Made by a program: the position numbers and the translations under genes. This document shows, in pieces, positions 46,536 through 58,877 of a stretch of DNA of 64,000 nucleotides (positions are counted from its first letter, which is position 1; the number at the start of each line of letters is the position of its first letter). The notes under the pieces are model-generated. The model was not told the DNA's origin and did not search any database. It saw nothing but the letters and a program-made list of their open reading frames with translations. This stretch comes from Asterias rubens (lineage: Eukaryota). The stretch spans positions 15,376,001 through 15,440,000 of the forward strand of contig NC_047070.1 of NCBI RefSeq assembly GCF_902459465.1, written 5' to 3'.

Positions 46536-47396
46536 AGGCACTGGGACTTGGCATTGTTATTAGCATAAAACTTACTTGTTAATACGAGCAATGGAGAGCT
46601 GTTGAAAGTACAAAACATTGAGAGAAATGGCTCCCTCTGACATGACGTAGTTTTCGAGAAAGAAGCAATTTGCCACTTGAATATGTTAATTTGATTTCGA
46701 GACCTCAGAATTTGATTTCGAGGTCTCGCAATCAAGCATCTAAAACAGACAACTTGTGCAACAAGATGTTTTTTCTTCCATTATTCTCTCGCAACTTTGA
46801 CGATCAATTGAGCTTTTCACATGTTTGTTATTTTATGCACAGTTGAGATACACCAAGTGAGAAGATTGGTCTTTGACAATTACCAAAGGTGTCCACCGAT
46901 CGATTTCACCAAACTCGTCCTAACTTAGGATTAATCTTAGGACTCAGGATGAGTTAAGTTCTGTATCCATAGACGTTAGGACACATTGAACCCATCCTTA
47001 GATAGGACGAGTTACTCGTCCTAACTCGAGATAGGATTAGTCTTAGCGTTTCATGAAATCGGCTGCAGTGTATTTAAAGGCGGTGTACATATGCATAACA
47101 AACCTGTGAAAATTTGAGCTCAATCGGTCATCGAACTTGCGAGATAATAATGAAAGAACAAAACACCCTAGTCACACGAAGTTGTGTGCGTTTAGATGGT
47201 TGATTTCGAGACCTCAAGTTCTAAATTTGAGGTCTCGAAATAAAATTCGTGGAAAATTACTTCTTTCTCGAAACCCACTTCAGAGGGAGCCGTTTCTCAC
47301 TATGTTTTATACCATTAACCTCCCCCATTACTCGTCACCAAGAAAGGTTTTATGCTAATAATTATTTTGAGTAATTACCAATAGTGTCCACTGCCT
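46536..47396. mobile_element. Cluster: Kolobok family 1 (46536-46895), TTAGGA fold-back MITE (46898-47067), Kolobok family 1 (47078-47396)
   Basis: TTAA at 46532-46535, 47074-47077 and 47397-47400. Confidence 0.85.
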
Positions 47397-48221
47397 TTAA
47401 GGCTCCAAAGAGAGAGAGAGAGGGGGGGGGGGCGTACCGAAAGACCCTTATGACTCTAACGGCAGTTTAGCTTTTGAAGTAGCAATGGACAACTCATTAC
47501 AGACGTGGGTAGCAACTTGCCGTGGATTACCACTGATCCAATGTGACAAGACATGACAGTCCCAATAGCTTCCCTATCACCATAGATGAAACATAGACAC
47601 GTCTGTTTAATCAATACTACGAAAACTGAGTCATCGAGCGACATTAGTGCGTCAATGAGCGTCAATGTGAGTGATCTTGTGATGGGCAGTTGTCTGGTGG
47701 ACGGATAGGTTTGTTTCAAGGACTAAAGAACAATTTTGGTTTTCGTAGTTGGGGCTCTCTTCAAAAGTTTGCAAAGGTCGTCTCCCTTTTTAGGAATATT
47801 AGTTTGAGTACTTCTTGTACTACAAAAAAACACAAACGTCCACATATTTTCATTACAGTTACACGGTTTCAATATACTGATAGTAGCAAGCTTCTCTTAA
47901 AATATCACTTGCTAAAGTGCTGTAGTTTTTGAGAAATTAGTGGAAAAAAATCACGAAAATAATGTTCGACTTAGTGGAAAATGAGCATGTACAACGGATT
48001 TACGACACTCTCCTTAAAACATTGCTCTGTGATGTTTATTTGCTTTCTCAATAACTTGATGACTAATGAAGCTGAAACTTCTACAGGTAAACTATCTTCA
48101 TTAACAATGGGTAGAGATTCTTGTCATGGCCAACAACTTGATCCACAAAAGATAAAACCCTGAAACACTTTGTCATCCCGAATCGAGCCAGAGATGTCTT
48201 GGACCAAAGAAGTATTGAGGG

Positions 48222-48590
48222 GCAAGCTATATGGATAAGGTCTGAGATATTCCAAGAGCCCATTATGCAAATCCCATTATGCATATTCAGTGGGCAAAGG
48301 ATTCTAAATTTGAAGCACGGCAATCCACAACTATAAAACCTGGCTAGCTATACGGATAAGGTCTAATATTTTCCAAGAGCCCATTATGCAAATTAAATCC
48401 CAATATGCATATTCAGTGTGCAAACGATTCTAAATTTGAAGCACGGCAATCCACAACTATAAAACCTGGCAAGCTATATGGATAAGGTCTGATATATTCC
48501 AAGAGCCCATTATGCAAATCCCATTATGCATATTCAGTGGGCAAAGGATTATGATTTTGAAGCAATGCAATCCACAACTATAAAACCTGA
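48222..48590. repeat. Tandem triplication, 3 x ~121-126 bp
   Basis: GC(A/T)AGCTATA(T/C)GGATAAGGTCT starts at 48222, 48343 and 48469. Confidence 0.9.
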
Positions 48591-50399
48591 CATAGTTTAA
48601 AGGGCCCGTCATGTTAACTGCAACATGGTGTCCAAATTGGCAGCCTGTCTTAATTTTCAACCGTACTCGGTTTCCCAAGACGCATTGCGGTATATTTCAA
48701 AGAAGGCGCTTGTCCATAATATGGCATATCTGTGTTCATTGCTACAATGGTGACCACGGTGTTGTTTTAATAGCATCATATTGTCTTCATATAGACAATG
48801 GGACAAAGTGGAGAAACCGGTGGTGGTAGCGGCATCTCTATGAGTGCGCCCCCATTACAATTTGAGGATGAAGCGGCCACGGACGCAAGTCTTTGCCAAA
48901 TAATGATGATTTCTTTATGCAAATAAAACTATTTCACACAATTCCATCCATTTTTCGATAAGGAAGAAAGGAAATCCAAAAGTGTGTAAGGTCAAAACCA
49001 AATTAGAAAAGAAGAAGTATAAAAAGAAGGTAGCCCCTCTTGAGCTGGGAATTAATACTAACAAGTAATTAATAAGACCTTCAATACAAATAGAACATGG
49101 AGGCATTATCTCACTTTGACTCAACATATAATTTATTCAATCTTAGAAAAAATTCATAATCTTACACAACAATAACGACAACGCACGCCCTCATCGTTTG
49201 GTCAACAGTGATGGCTGACGTGCGATCATGGTATAATCTATGACGTTTTTATGATACAAAATACAGGTATACAATATTAAAGTGGTAAATAATAGTATAT
49301 AAACCCAGTACAGAAAGACAAAACTTTATGTCAAAGGTGTACAATATAAAAAACATACGAAGATAGTTTATTCCTATACTTGATAAATTAGTTTCAACGA
49401 AGCCAACATTTACTAAGGCCAAATAAAACAAAAAACACGTTTCGCGTCCTGTTTTAAAAAAAAGGAAGGAGGAGGGCCTTTCCCTTTTTTTTCTACAAAA
49501 TAACCGACTGACAAATCTTTTAAGACAACCAGCTTAAGACCGTTTTAAAGAGAATGCTTTGAACATATGATATCGTTCAAATGTTACCTTTTTAACTAAT
49601 AACAATTCCCTTTTTTTCATCAAAAAGAAAGAAAAAAAACAAGGAGGCAGCCTTTAAAACGGAGCGGGCGGGGACGCTGAACATCTTATTGTTGTTGTAA
49701 TGTTTGCCTAATAGTTACTCGAGACATGACTCAGTGACCTTTTGGCCGGGGTTTAGAAGTTTCAAAACCAAAGTCAGTTTTCACAAAACATTAGTATAAA
49801 ACTAACCTGGGTATCGATTTATTTGTAACAGTCACAGGTTCCTTAGATTGGATTTATATAAAGTTTTCTCCAAGAAGACGTCATTTAAGACAAGCAATTT
49901 TCTCAGAACGAATTTATACCAAATTGTTTTCTTTTCATAGTCACCTAAACACAACCCATATTTTCTGAAAATCAACTGTACACTTAGCTAAAATAAATAC
50001 AGTTACCCCATCCTATCAAACACGACGGTAAGTAATGGAAGTGGGAAGCAAATAACACACAATTCGTTTACCTAGCTTTTGAGGCAATCATTTTACAGGA
50101 ATTTATAACTACAGTAAAAGCAGAGATGCAGAAAAACCAGCCCCAACTATTTAGCTTTGTAACTAAACCCGCTTGGAACTAAGCAGCTTATTTCCTCCTA
50201 TTCCAAGATGAATATTGGTAATTGATAATGCATTTACAAATACAGAATCAAATTTGTAATCTATGAAACTGACAATGTTTTTTTTTTTTCAAAACAGATA
50301 AATATTTATTCTCATGAGGAATATTATTGATCAGCAAGTTGTTTCATATCACGAGCAACCTTCTACGGAAAAACATGGAACAAGAGAAGGTGTCACTGC

Positions 50400-50655
50400 C
50401 CGTAGGGTACCAGTCCCCGGAGTATGAGGGTACCGGTCCTTAGTTTGAAAACCAGTCCTTAGCATGATTGTATCGGCCCGTAGTGTGAGGGCATATGTCC
50501 CTAGTCTGATGGTCTGATGGTAGCGGCCGGTAGTGTGATGGTACCGGTCCATAGTGTGAGGATATCGGTCCATAGTGTGAGGATACCAGTCCATAATGTG
50601 AGGATACCGGTCCATAGTGTGAGGATACCGGTCCATAGTGTGCGGGGTACCAGCC
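50400..50655. repeat. 21-bp minisatellite (GTCCATAGTGTGAGGATACCG)
   Basis: Five close copies at 50547-50651, with degenerate copies to the left. Confidence 0.85.
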
Positions 50656-51055
50656 GGCACAGCAAGCGCAATGCGTCAAACTAGTCAGTTATTGCAATGT
50701 ACAGTGAGCGATTACTCCAAACCCAACCACGATATAAAAAAAAACCACTCAGAAATTACAACACAAATCCACAATCAATTCCTATCCATTCTCTTTGTGA
50801 CGTCATGACATGACCACCTAAGCTTTCAATCAATACTTTGACACATGAATGTTTGACATCGTGTCTCTTGTTGTTGGGACTGAGGACGATGACCATTTCG
50901 GCAACACTGAGTGGTTAGAATTGCCCCGACAGATCACGTCTATAGAATATTGACCTTGCTAAAAGTACACACAAATTAACTCCATAGGCTTACTCTACAG
51001 GCTTACTCATAGCGACCCAATGAGTAAAGGTCTATACCAGAGTTTTAAAAACATA

Positions 51056-51179
51056 GGCCCTTTTCGAAACCACGGCTTCGGCTCCAGATTCGTCTCAGGC
51101 TAGCTTGGCCCCCCTCAGGGCTTCAAAAGAGAGGACGGAGCCTGAAGCCGCATCCAAAGCCGTGGATTCGAAAGGGGCC
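51056..51179. mobile_element. Short TA-flanked fold-back MITE (GGCCCTTTTCGAAACCACGGCTT TIRs)
   Basis: GGCCCTTTTCGAAACCACGGCTTCGG versus CCAAAGCCGTGGATTCGAAAGGGGCC; TA on both sides. Confidence 0.8.
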
Positions 51180-51915
51180 TATATATAGTGTTTGAGAGTT
51201 CATATTTCGCATTGGTTCATCTACTACCACAGCATATTTTTTCAAGAGTTGACAATAATTCCTATACTATTTATTTAATCAGAGAATGGTGGCTAGCAAG
51301 CAGCAAAGCGAGCATGGAAAAAGTCATTAGCTGGGCCACTGGGAGTTCCGTAGACTTCTATCATCCTGCCGCCATCTTGGTCATGTTCCCCGTTTCAAAA
51401 AGACAAAATGAATGCTGATGTTCATTGTACATAAAGGCACCAGACTATGTGCCCTTCCAGTCTCAGTTTGGTTACACTGATTTGAATTTGACTCATGAGA
51501 TAGCAGCAACGTGGAAGGTCTGATAGTGCTTAGGGTTGTCCCGACCTGTTAGCAGTATTAGGACATTCTAGACCAAAATGTTCACACTCGGCATCATATT
51601 GACACAATTGTTCATGGTTTGTATTAGTGAACCTGGGGACGACATCGACACAACCTCTGACGCAGATAATGGACGCACACATTGGCGATCTATCCCCTTG
51701 TGGTAGAAGCGTTCTTGTTCATAATTCTCGCATCATTAAATAATTCACCGCTCCAACCGCAGTATCCATCTCTTCAGAACGTTTATAAACGCACCATATC
51801 AAAAAGGTTTGTGACGGTGCGTCCGTGCGTTCACAATTAGACATCGTTTGGAATGACTCAGTCCTTCGAGAGTTCAAGCGCCCTTTTGCAGCATTTACAG
51901 TAGAATAGACTTGTA

Positions 51916-52092
51916 TCATGCTTCTTTGTCTTCCAGTGATTCCCCTTCGCTACCACCGTGTGTGAATCCGTGTAGTCCACCATTTGGGAGCACCGCGTGG
52001 TCTCTGCTGAAGTCGTCTCTGTCCGTGTCTCGTGAGTTCTCGTGTGAGTCTACGCAGTTCTCGTCACTGTCGCCTTTCCCTGTTGGTACCTC
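51916..52092 (-). CDS. HHEX: Hhex terminal coding exon (EVPTGKGDSDENCVDSHENSRDTDRDDFSRDHAVLPNGGLHGFTHGGSEGESLEDKEA*)
   Basis: Acceptor TCTTTTCTCGTAAAG|, phase 0 after exon 3. Acidic tail beginning with E, as in vertebrate Hhex (KQ|E); TGA at 51918-51916. Confidence 0.85.
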   Translation of the reverse strand, partial: EVPTGKGDSDENCVDSHENSRDTDRDDFSRDHAVLPNGGLHGFTHGGSEGESLEDKEA

Positions 52093-53608
52093 CTTTACGA
52101 GAAAAGACAAAGCCAAGTTGAGAAATGAATTCAGTGTGTTTTAAACAGAGAATTGAAATGATGGACAAAGCCAAACTTTGCAGTTTTAGAATTGCTATCC
52201 CAAATTTTTTCCTGATCGAAAAAAAAAGGGAGATTCCCTTCTTTTTCATTTGTTCGTTTATTCATTTTAATTTAAAAAAACAACTGGCAGCACAAAGCAG
52301 AAACATTTGGCAACATTTCAAGGTACAAAATATCGTTAAAGTATACAGATAAAGACACAAAATAGTACCACCGCAGTACGGGGGTACATACATAACAGTT
52401 TCAACAAATAAAACAATAAACAGGAACATAAATTCGGCCTTTGAATCGATTTAGACAAAAAAAAGTCTCCCCATTGAAAAGCACTACAACAGTGGCAATT
52501 TCGCAATGCGGAAAAAAGACATTGTAAACGGGGAGGAGGTGTTAATATATGTATTTCTTTTGGCAGTATGACTGTACATAAACTATCAAGGTTGACATGT
52601 CAGAACAATTACGCAAACTAATGGTAGAGTTAACAGCTCACTTTGTATTTCTGTTTCGCAAACAATCTAATTAACTATCAACAGGATGAAAATGGATATC
52701 TTCCCATTCAAGAATCGATACTTCACTGGGAAACGGCATTTCAAAAATAGCTTTTTATTGGTAGATAATGTAGCGGCTGTTAGCTTGATTGTATATGCAG
52801 AGTAAATATTGACATCACTCCGCCGTGAATCGAGGCGTGTAGCCCCACGACATTATTGCTGCGTTCACGCTGCTCAGCACTCTCCTAATGGATCATGGTG
52901 GTAGTGAAAGAAGTTATTCTTTGTTTAATGGTGTGTTGTTAAGTGTGTGAAAGAACCCATTAAAGTGTTTGCAAACAAGACAGTAAATCCACAATTATCA
53001 TGGCTACTTAAAATCGAGGGGCTTAAACGCTGTGCGTTGTTTATTTGGACATAAACGGACACGCTGAAGCCCCCACATTCTTTTGTGTACAACAACTCGC
53101 ATCGAATTATTATAGCCATTACAATTAGTGTATAAGGTATATTAATGGGGAATATCTTAGCTAATACACATCATATTGGAAGAGACAAAAGAAAGTGAAG
53201 TGACGTTAATTGTGTCTTATCGTGAACAGAGATTGATGTTACTGATGTGGGCGTCTTGGGCGGGTAAACATACGTCAAACGGGGATTAAATCTTGAATGT
53301 CCATTTGGCAAAACTATTGACTCAAATACCGAAGTAGAAAATGGAGAACTATCGATTGTTTTTATTAGTTCGTCGAGGGAATAGCAGCATTGTTGACATA
53401 TTTACAAACTCTTCTTCACAATAAGCTTCAGTTTTTTTCCTCATTGAACTTCAAACACTTTGAAAACACCGAGGATTTTGTTGGTGCAGAAAATGACGGC
53501 ACTGTCCAATTCAGTGACGCTCCAACATTGGGTAGGGTCTACGGCTGGGTATTGTGTTCGTATATATTTGTCAGGTTGACAGGAGTAGTTGACGAACAAA
53601 GAGAGGAC

Positions 53609-53786
53609 TGGACTTGTGGACAAGTCGTTAATGGTCCGAGTTGTCACTGCTCTCGCGTGAACTGCTGGTTGTCGACTTCGGGCAGCGCGCAGTAGTCGCG
53701 CAACCAGCAGTTCGCGCGGAGAGCACCGCTGCAACTCGACTATATCTCACCGCGTGGGACCATAAGCGACTTGTCCACAAGTCATA
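53609..53786. mobile_element. GC-rich fold-back element in Hhex intron 3, flanked by an 8-9-bp direct repeat (A)GAGAGGAC
   Basis: TIR GACTTGTGGACAAGTCG(T/C)T(A/T)ATGGTCC; inner stem TGCTCTCGCGTGAACTGCTGGTTG / CAACCAGCAGTTCGCGCGGAGAGCA; GAGAGGAC at 53601-53608 and 53787-53794. Confidence 0.75.
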
Positions 53787-54012
53787 GAGAGGACCAGAAG
53801 AGCCGGTTGACGGAGAAGAAGACTTTTAAGGGAGACCGTGAGGATATTTTCTAGATCCACAACCCTCTCTTTGATTGACAACATGTTTCATGCCTTCTTG
53901 GCAATCATCATTTGCATGTTGGTACTTCTTAAAGAATCGGTGGGTCTCATGTCTTGTGAAAGACATAACTTAGGTGCATTAAAGAGCTACCGAAGAACTT
54001 TTATAATCTTAC

Positions 54013-54063
54013 CTGTTTTACTCTCCTCCATTTTGCTCTTCTGTTTTGGAACCATGTCTTGAC
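54013..54063 (-). CDS. HHEX: Hhex exon 3 (VKTWFQNRRAKWRRVKQ), homeodomain helix 3
   Basis: Long pyrimidine tract plus GATAG| acceptor; donor CAG|GTAAGA; 51 nt with the WFQNRR motif. Confidence 0.97.
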
Positions 54064-55824
54064 CTATCGAGAAAAAAAAGAAGAATTAGATCTTAGAGTT
54101 CACCAATGAAATACTGTGGACATAAAATAGCTGGTTTTACCCTTACATCGATATGTTTAAGCACTGTATATTCTCTCAAGTTTTGTAACACCAAAATCAA
54201 AGTCCTCAACTAAAAAAACACTTTAATTCTGTCAAAACATCATGTCTATTCTGATTAGAACAAAAAAAGTTAGTTTGGAAAACATATTCAACCAAAATGA
54301 TGATATTTCCAACAGCTGCCTTTACTTTCGTAGAACTAAGATGATTTATAATTTATTGTGGGGTACGTTTGGTCTGAATTTGCTGTGTATCAAAATAAAA
54401 CAAAATGTTCGAACAGTCATTGACAGTCGCTTAAAGTTTTCAAGAAACATCTCAAATAAAAACTTTCCTGTTTAATGGTTGATTGCTTAGGAAAACTGGT
54501 TCCCATTACTAGTGCCTTTATTTATTCACCTTTTTGGACTCGTTTCTTGTAAAGCGCTATGGTACACTGTGTAAGACTAGAGCGCTCTATAAATGCCTGT
54601 TATTATTATTGTTGACAGTCAAACAACGAAACGCAAAAGCTGGGCGCAAGAGAACAATCCTAGAAGAAACAGATTGGGGGAATTTTGACGTAGAGTGACG
54701 ACACGCCTGTATAGATTATTCGGGTACAGACGGCTTGTCGGGTCTGAAGAGGGATTAGTAAGCGGGATTCGAACCTTAAACCTTTCTACCAATATTATTA
54801 AAACCCCCATCACCATCAGCGAACCAAACATCATTGAACCAATTCTTTACAATTTATATCAATCAACTTCTCCCGTAATCTTTTAAATCATCCGGATTTA
54901 AGAACAGTCAAGCTACCTTAATATCTTAAAATATAATATTGACACAAAGTGAAAATATTCAATTAGAGAAGGAATTCTTAAGAAATGGGAGCTGTAATTC
55001 TGAGGGTAAATGGTAGCCGAGTGTTTGCAATTGGTCGCCAATAAGAGCTACTTGGCATGACCCAAGCAAACATGGGACCCCCGATTTGGCGTCTTCGTTA
55101 TACCCCATACCCCGTCTAAACTTTCCCTAAACCTGTTTGAGGTGACAGGCCTTATGTTATATTAAATCTGTTTGTAGTCGCGAAAGCTAGACATCATAAT
55201 TTAAAATACAGATTTACGTCAAGTGGCTGATTGTTGAAAATCCGTTTTGGAGGGATTAGGATCTGGAGAGTGGAGTCTCCGGGTTATAAACGCAAACGGG
55301 GGGTCTGCAGTGAAAAGTCAACGGGGCCAGCGCCTCGCAAACACCCTCTATGAAACCTGAAGAAGACGGTAGAGGCGCTAAAAGACCGAGGAGTAGACAT
55401 CGATTGTTCATTAATCCGCAGAAACTCCTGTTCATCTCCAACCTCGATGTCACTCAAACTTTTTTATTCGAGGTTTTCTTTTTGGAAAAGGGCACTTTTC
55501 ATTATCCGGGGATAACATTATCGTTTGAGTAAATCAAATTTCCTTTTCAAGTGTGTTTGATTTGGTTTAGGTAGACATCAAGACGCTCAGTGATTTTGAC
55601 AACTTGATGAACAAGTGACTTTTACATGTCAACCCCGGACTTCCCCCCCGAGAGCAAAAAACCGCGGGATTTGTGGATCACAACATGGATGTGAAGCCGA
55701 CGGGAAACAAGAAACTAAATATTTCCTTGTACTGAATTGATAGGTTTTGATCGCTGTAGGCATCCTTTCTACAGTATTTCTCTAAATTATTATTTTGTTC
55801 TAAGTTTGTTTTCATTTCGTTAAC

Positions 55825-56500
55825 GGCACTGGAAACCTTTGGTATGCGCTCGCTAACGGTGTTTCTCAACAAAATAAAAAATCCGTGAGAATTTGGACTC
55901 AATTGGTCACAAATTTGTGTGCTTTCATAGATGCCGAAAAAGGGCCTCAGGCCCGAAGTATTCCAAAGGCAGTGGACACTATTACTCAACCTCAAGCATA
56001 AAACCTTTCTGGTAACGAGTAATGAGGAGAGGTTGATAGTATAAAACATTGTGAGAAACGGCTCCCTCTGAAGTAATGTAGTTTTCAAGAAAGGAGTAAT
56101 TTTCCACGAAATTGATTTCGAGACCTCAGATTTAGAGTTTGAGGTCTCGAAATCAAGCATCTGATAGCACACAACTTCGTGTGACAAGGGTGTTTTTTTC
56201 TTTCATTTATCTCGCAACTTCGAAGACCAATTGAGCTCAAATTTTCACAGGTTTGTTATTCCATGCATATATTGAGATACACCAAGTGAGAAGACTGGTC
56301 TTTGACAATAACCAATAGTGTCCAATGTCTTTAAAATATTTGAGTGAGAAATAACCTCTTTCTAAAAAAAACTACGTTACTTCAGAGGTAGCCGTTTCTC
56401 GAAATGTTTTTCACTATCAACAGCTCTGCATTTCTCGTTACCAAGATAAGTTTTTATGATAGAACTTATTTTGAGCAATTACCAATTAGTGTCCAATGCC
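55825..56500. mobile_element. Stack of Kolobok family-1 MITE pieces in Hhex intron 2 (near-complete copy at ~55965-56330)
   Basis: Family-1 TIRs and body, TTAA at 56331-56334. Source of the 169-aa artefact ORF. Confidence 0.85.
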
Positions 56501-56984
56501 TCTAACGTCAGTACCATACATATTCTTCGTTATGTTTTACTTATATTAGAGCAACAGGATGTTTATTCCAAAGCAAGTATCTACAACTTACAATGCTTGA
56601 ATCCAATCCTAATTTATCCTGATTACCAATTGGTACTTTTCACACCCATTATGTTGATCTTAACACCCATTCGAGACAATCACACCTAGGAGTAGAGTTT
56701 ATTTACACTCTGATCTTAGCTATCGTCATTACACATTATAAGCACCATCATGTAGCCTTTGATATTATGCCTACGTTATAAGGTGCTAAAAAGCGCTACA
56801 ATTGTCTTGTTGCAGAAAGGGGATACCTGAACCATGGATGAACCCCCCCCCTTGCCTGAATAATGACCCCTTCTTATTTTCCTCGTGTGAAAAGGGTAAA
56901 GGGTAACCGTAGAGTTGGTTCCACCATGGTGTGTTGTTTTCTTCCTCCGTGGTTTAACCATATCAATCAGAACCAGATCACATG

Positions 56985-57160
56985 TCTATGCTTCCTTTTT
57001 AAAAAAGGGCAAGGGCACCATAGCTTTTTCTCCTCGGCAAAGGGCACCCTATATGAGGAATTTGTAAATTTGGACTGCATAGTTTCAAGGGCACCAGGGC
57101 AAAAACCAGGGGGCATGCGGAGGCAATCGCCTGTGATGCCTCCCTGAAGTGTCTGGCCTG
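56985..57160 (+). mobile_element. AAGGGCACC-repeat element; a relative at ~16685-17195 is split by a Kolobok MITE
   Basis: Shared GCTTC..TTTT.AA.GGGC.AAGGGCACC and GGCAC..TATGAGGAA blocks. Confidence 0.6.
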
Positions 57161-58163
57161 AGATCAACGTAAAAGGCAAACTCTTCTGCGAGACATTGCC
57201 TAAGATTTGTTGCAAATCAAATTTATTTGGTGAGTTGTTTGGAGGAGGGATGGCGAGACATTTTGTGTAGTATTCATCACACCGAATGCATGTGTTTTTT
57301 TACGATCAAACTTTACAGACTAAATGAAAACTGATCACACATAAAGCCATGAACCTTCCTGACTGCATAACTCATTTCGAGCGATTTCAGGGAATTGTAT
57401 AGGCATTTGACCTTCCTTCCTCAAAAGGTTGAATTCAACAACTGAGTTTTACCATTATAAGATAGTGGTTTGTTGGTCAAATTATAACTCGCAACTAAAT
57501 TGAAAGAAAAACCTTAACCACAGTGATAAATTGGTTTAAGAAAACGACGACTTCATAAACTAGAAACAATGAACTCTTCCTTAATATCATCTGTATAGGT
57601 TTCGAGTGCCATGAAACCAAACACAAGGACAAATCAAATAAACTTTCCATACTCTAAACAAAAGCAAAGCTTTGATTATTTTTGATATGTCTTTACAGAG
57701 TTCCAGTGGTTGAATAATTAGCTATCAATGAGATCATTCATTTCCTTGTAACACTGAATTAAACATGGCGGTGTATATGTCTGTGTTCTCTTGTAATGGC
57801 CGTTTCCTTTTGTACAGAGCATTTTCGAAACCGCGATCCTCGCATCCGGCTTTAGAGTTATTTTTTCTCCGTCCGCGATTTCAAAGAAGTGATACTTGAA
57901 AATGGTACAAAGATCCTGTTTGACCCAAAACACAGGCCTAAGAATAGTACATTTTTAGTAGCATTTATAGCATCATTTAGGCACGAATAATGTTCTATTT
58001 TAACTCAACTTCCTTAAACTCATGAGTCAAGTTCCTAAAAACATGGTAGGTTAAACTGCATGTAGTTCTTACCACATCAATATTTATCTCATGATCTAAT
58101 TTAATATAAATATATATAAAGCAATACATGTAAGGGCGTGGCACGGGGAGGGGGGGGGGCTTA

Positions 58164-58346
58164 AGCCCGGTTCATACTTTTTGCGAATTCGAATCAATCG
58201 AATTTTGACGTCACACAATTAATTTGCAACTATTAATTCACAACAGTTGCCTTGTGGTCAACTCCTGCGAAATATTTGCCGTGAAAACATCCCAGTATGT
58301 GACGTCAAAATTCGCTTCGTATTCGCATGAAGTATTAACCAGGCTC
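58164..58346. mobile_element. MITE with AGCCCGGTTCATACTT / AAGTATTAACCAGGCT TIRs
   Basis: Imperfect inverted termini and internal GAATTTTGACGTCACA / TGTGACGTCAAAATTC inverted pair. Confidence 0.72.
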
Positions 58347-58439
58347 ACTTGTTTCTTTTTCCTTTTCCCTTAAAGATTCCCCTTGTTTAATTGATTTCGA
58401 AAAATTGATTTCTGATGTACAGAAAAACAAAAGTGAAGT

Positions 58440-58650
58440 CTATTAACTTTGGTTTTTACCCATACACCGATGTGTGTTAGCACTGTATACTCAGCACTTT
58501 CCCGAGTCCTGTGAAAATTATCACAGGCATAAAACTTGTGTGGGATTCGAACCCACGACCTTTGCATCTAGAGCTGTGTCCTACCAACTAGACTACCGAT
58601 GTTGCCCGGTAGCTAGAGGCAATTCGAATCCTATGTTTTGGCAGCGGGTA
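58440..58650 (-). mobile_element. tRNA-head repeat family B, homologous to 2069-2270
   Basis: A-box, B-box and body align with the copy at 2.1 kb. Confidence 0.78.
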
Positions 58651-58698
58651 CCGCAACGATATAAGAGATGTACAAATGTGAAGTTATAATTTGATTAC

Positions 58699-58877
58699 CT
58701 GTCGTTCACTGAGTTGCAACAATTTGGCGAGTTTTTTCCTCTCTGGTGGAGACAGATATTTTTGGCTCTCGAACTTCTTCTCCAGTTCCATGGTCTGGTC
58801 GTTAGAGAACCGAACCTGGCCCCCTTTCCGTTTGTGAAGCGGTCTCTGTATGAAGGGGTTCCAGAGGAACGGCTTCC
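58699..58877 (-). CDS. HHEX: Hhex exon 2 (G-KPFLWNPFIQRPLHKRKGGQVRFSNDQTMELEKKFESQKYLSPPERKKLAKLLQLSERQ)
   Basis: Acceptor TTCCAG| and donor CAG|GTAATC; 179 nt. KRKGGQVRFSNDQT is diagnostic of the Hhex/PRH homeodomain. The ORF track shows only other frames here. Confidence 0.97.

Noticed and set aside
55678-56187. 169-aa ORF and the many similar ORFs containing MLDFETSNSKSEVSKSNSWKITSFSKT (e.g. 16764, 28220, 31324, 40921, 41354, 62309)
   Set aside because: All are read through copies of the same non-coding Kolobok-type MITE. There is no transposase motif, and frames and stops vary between copies.
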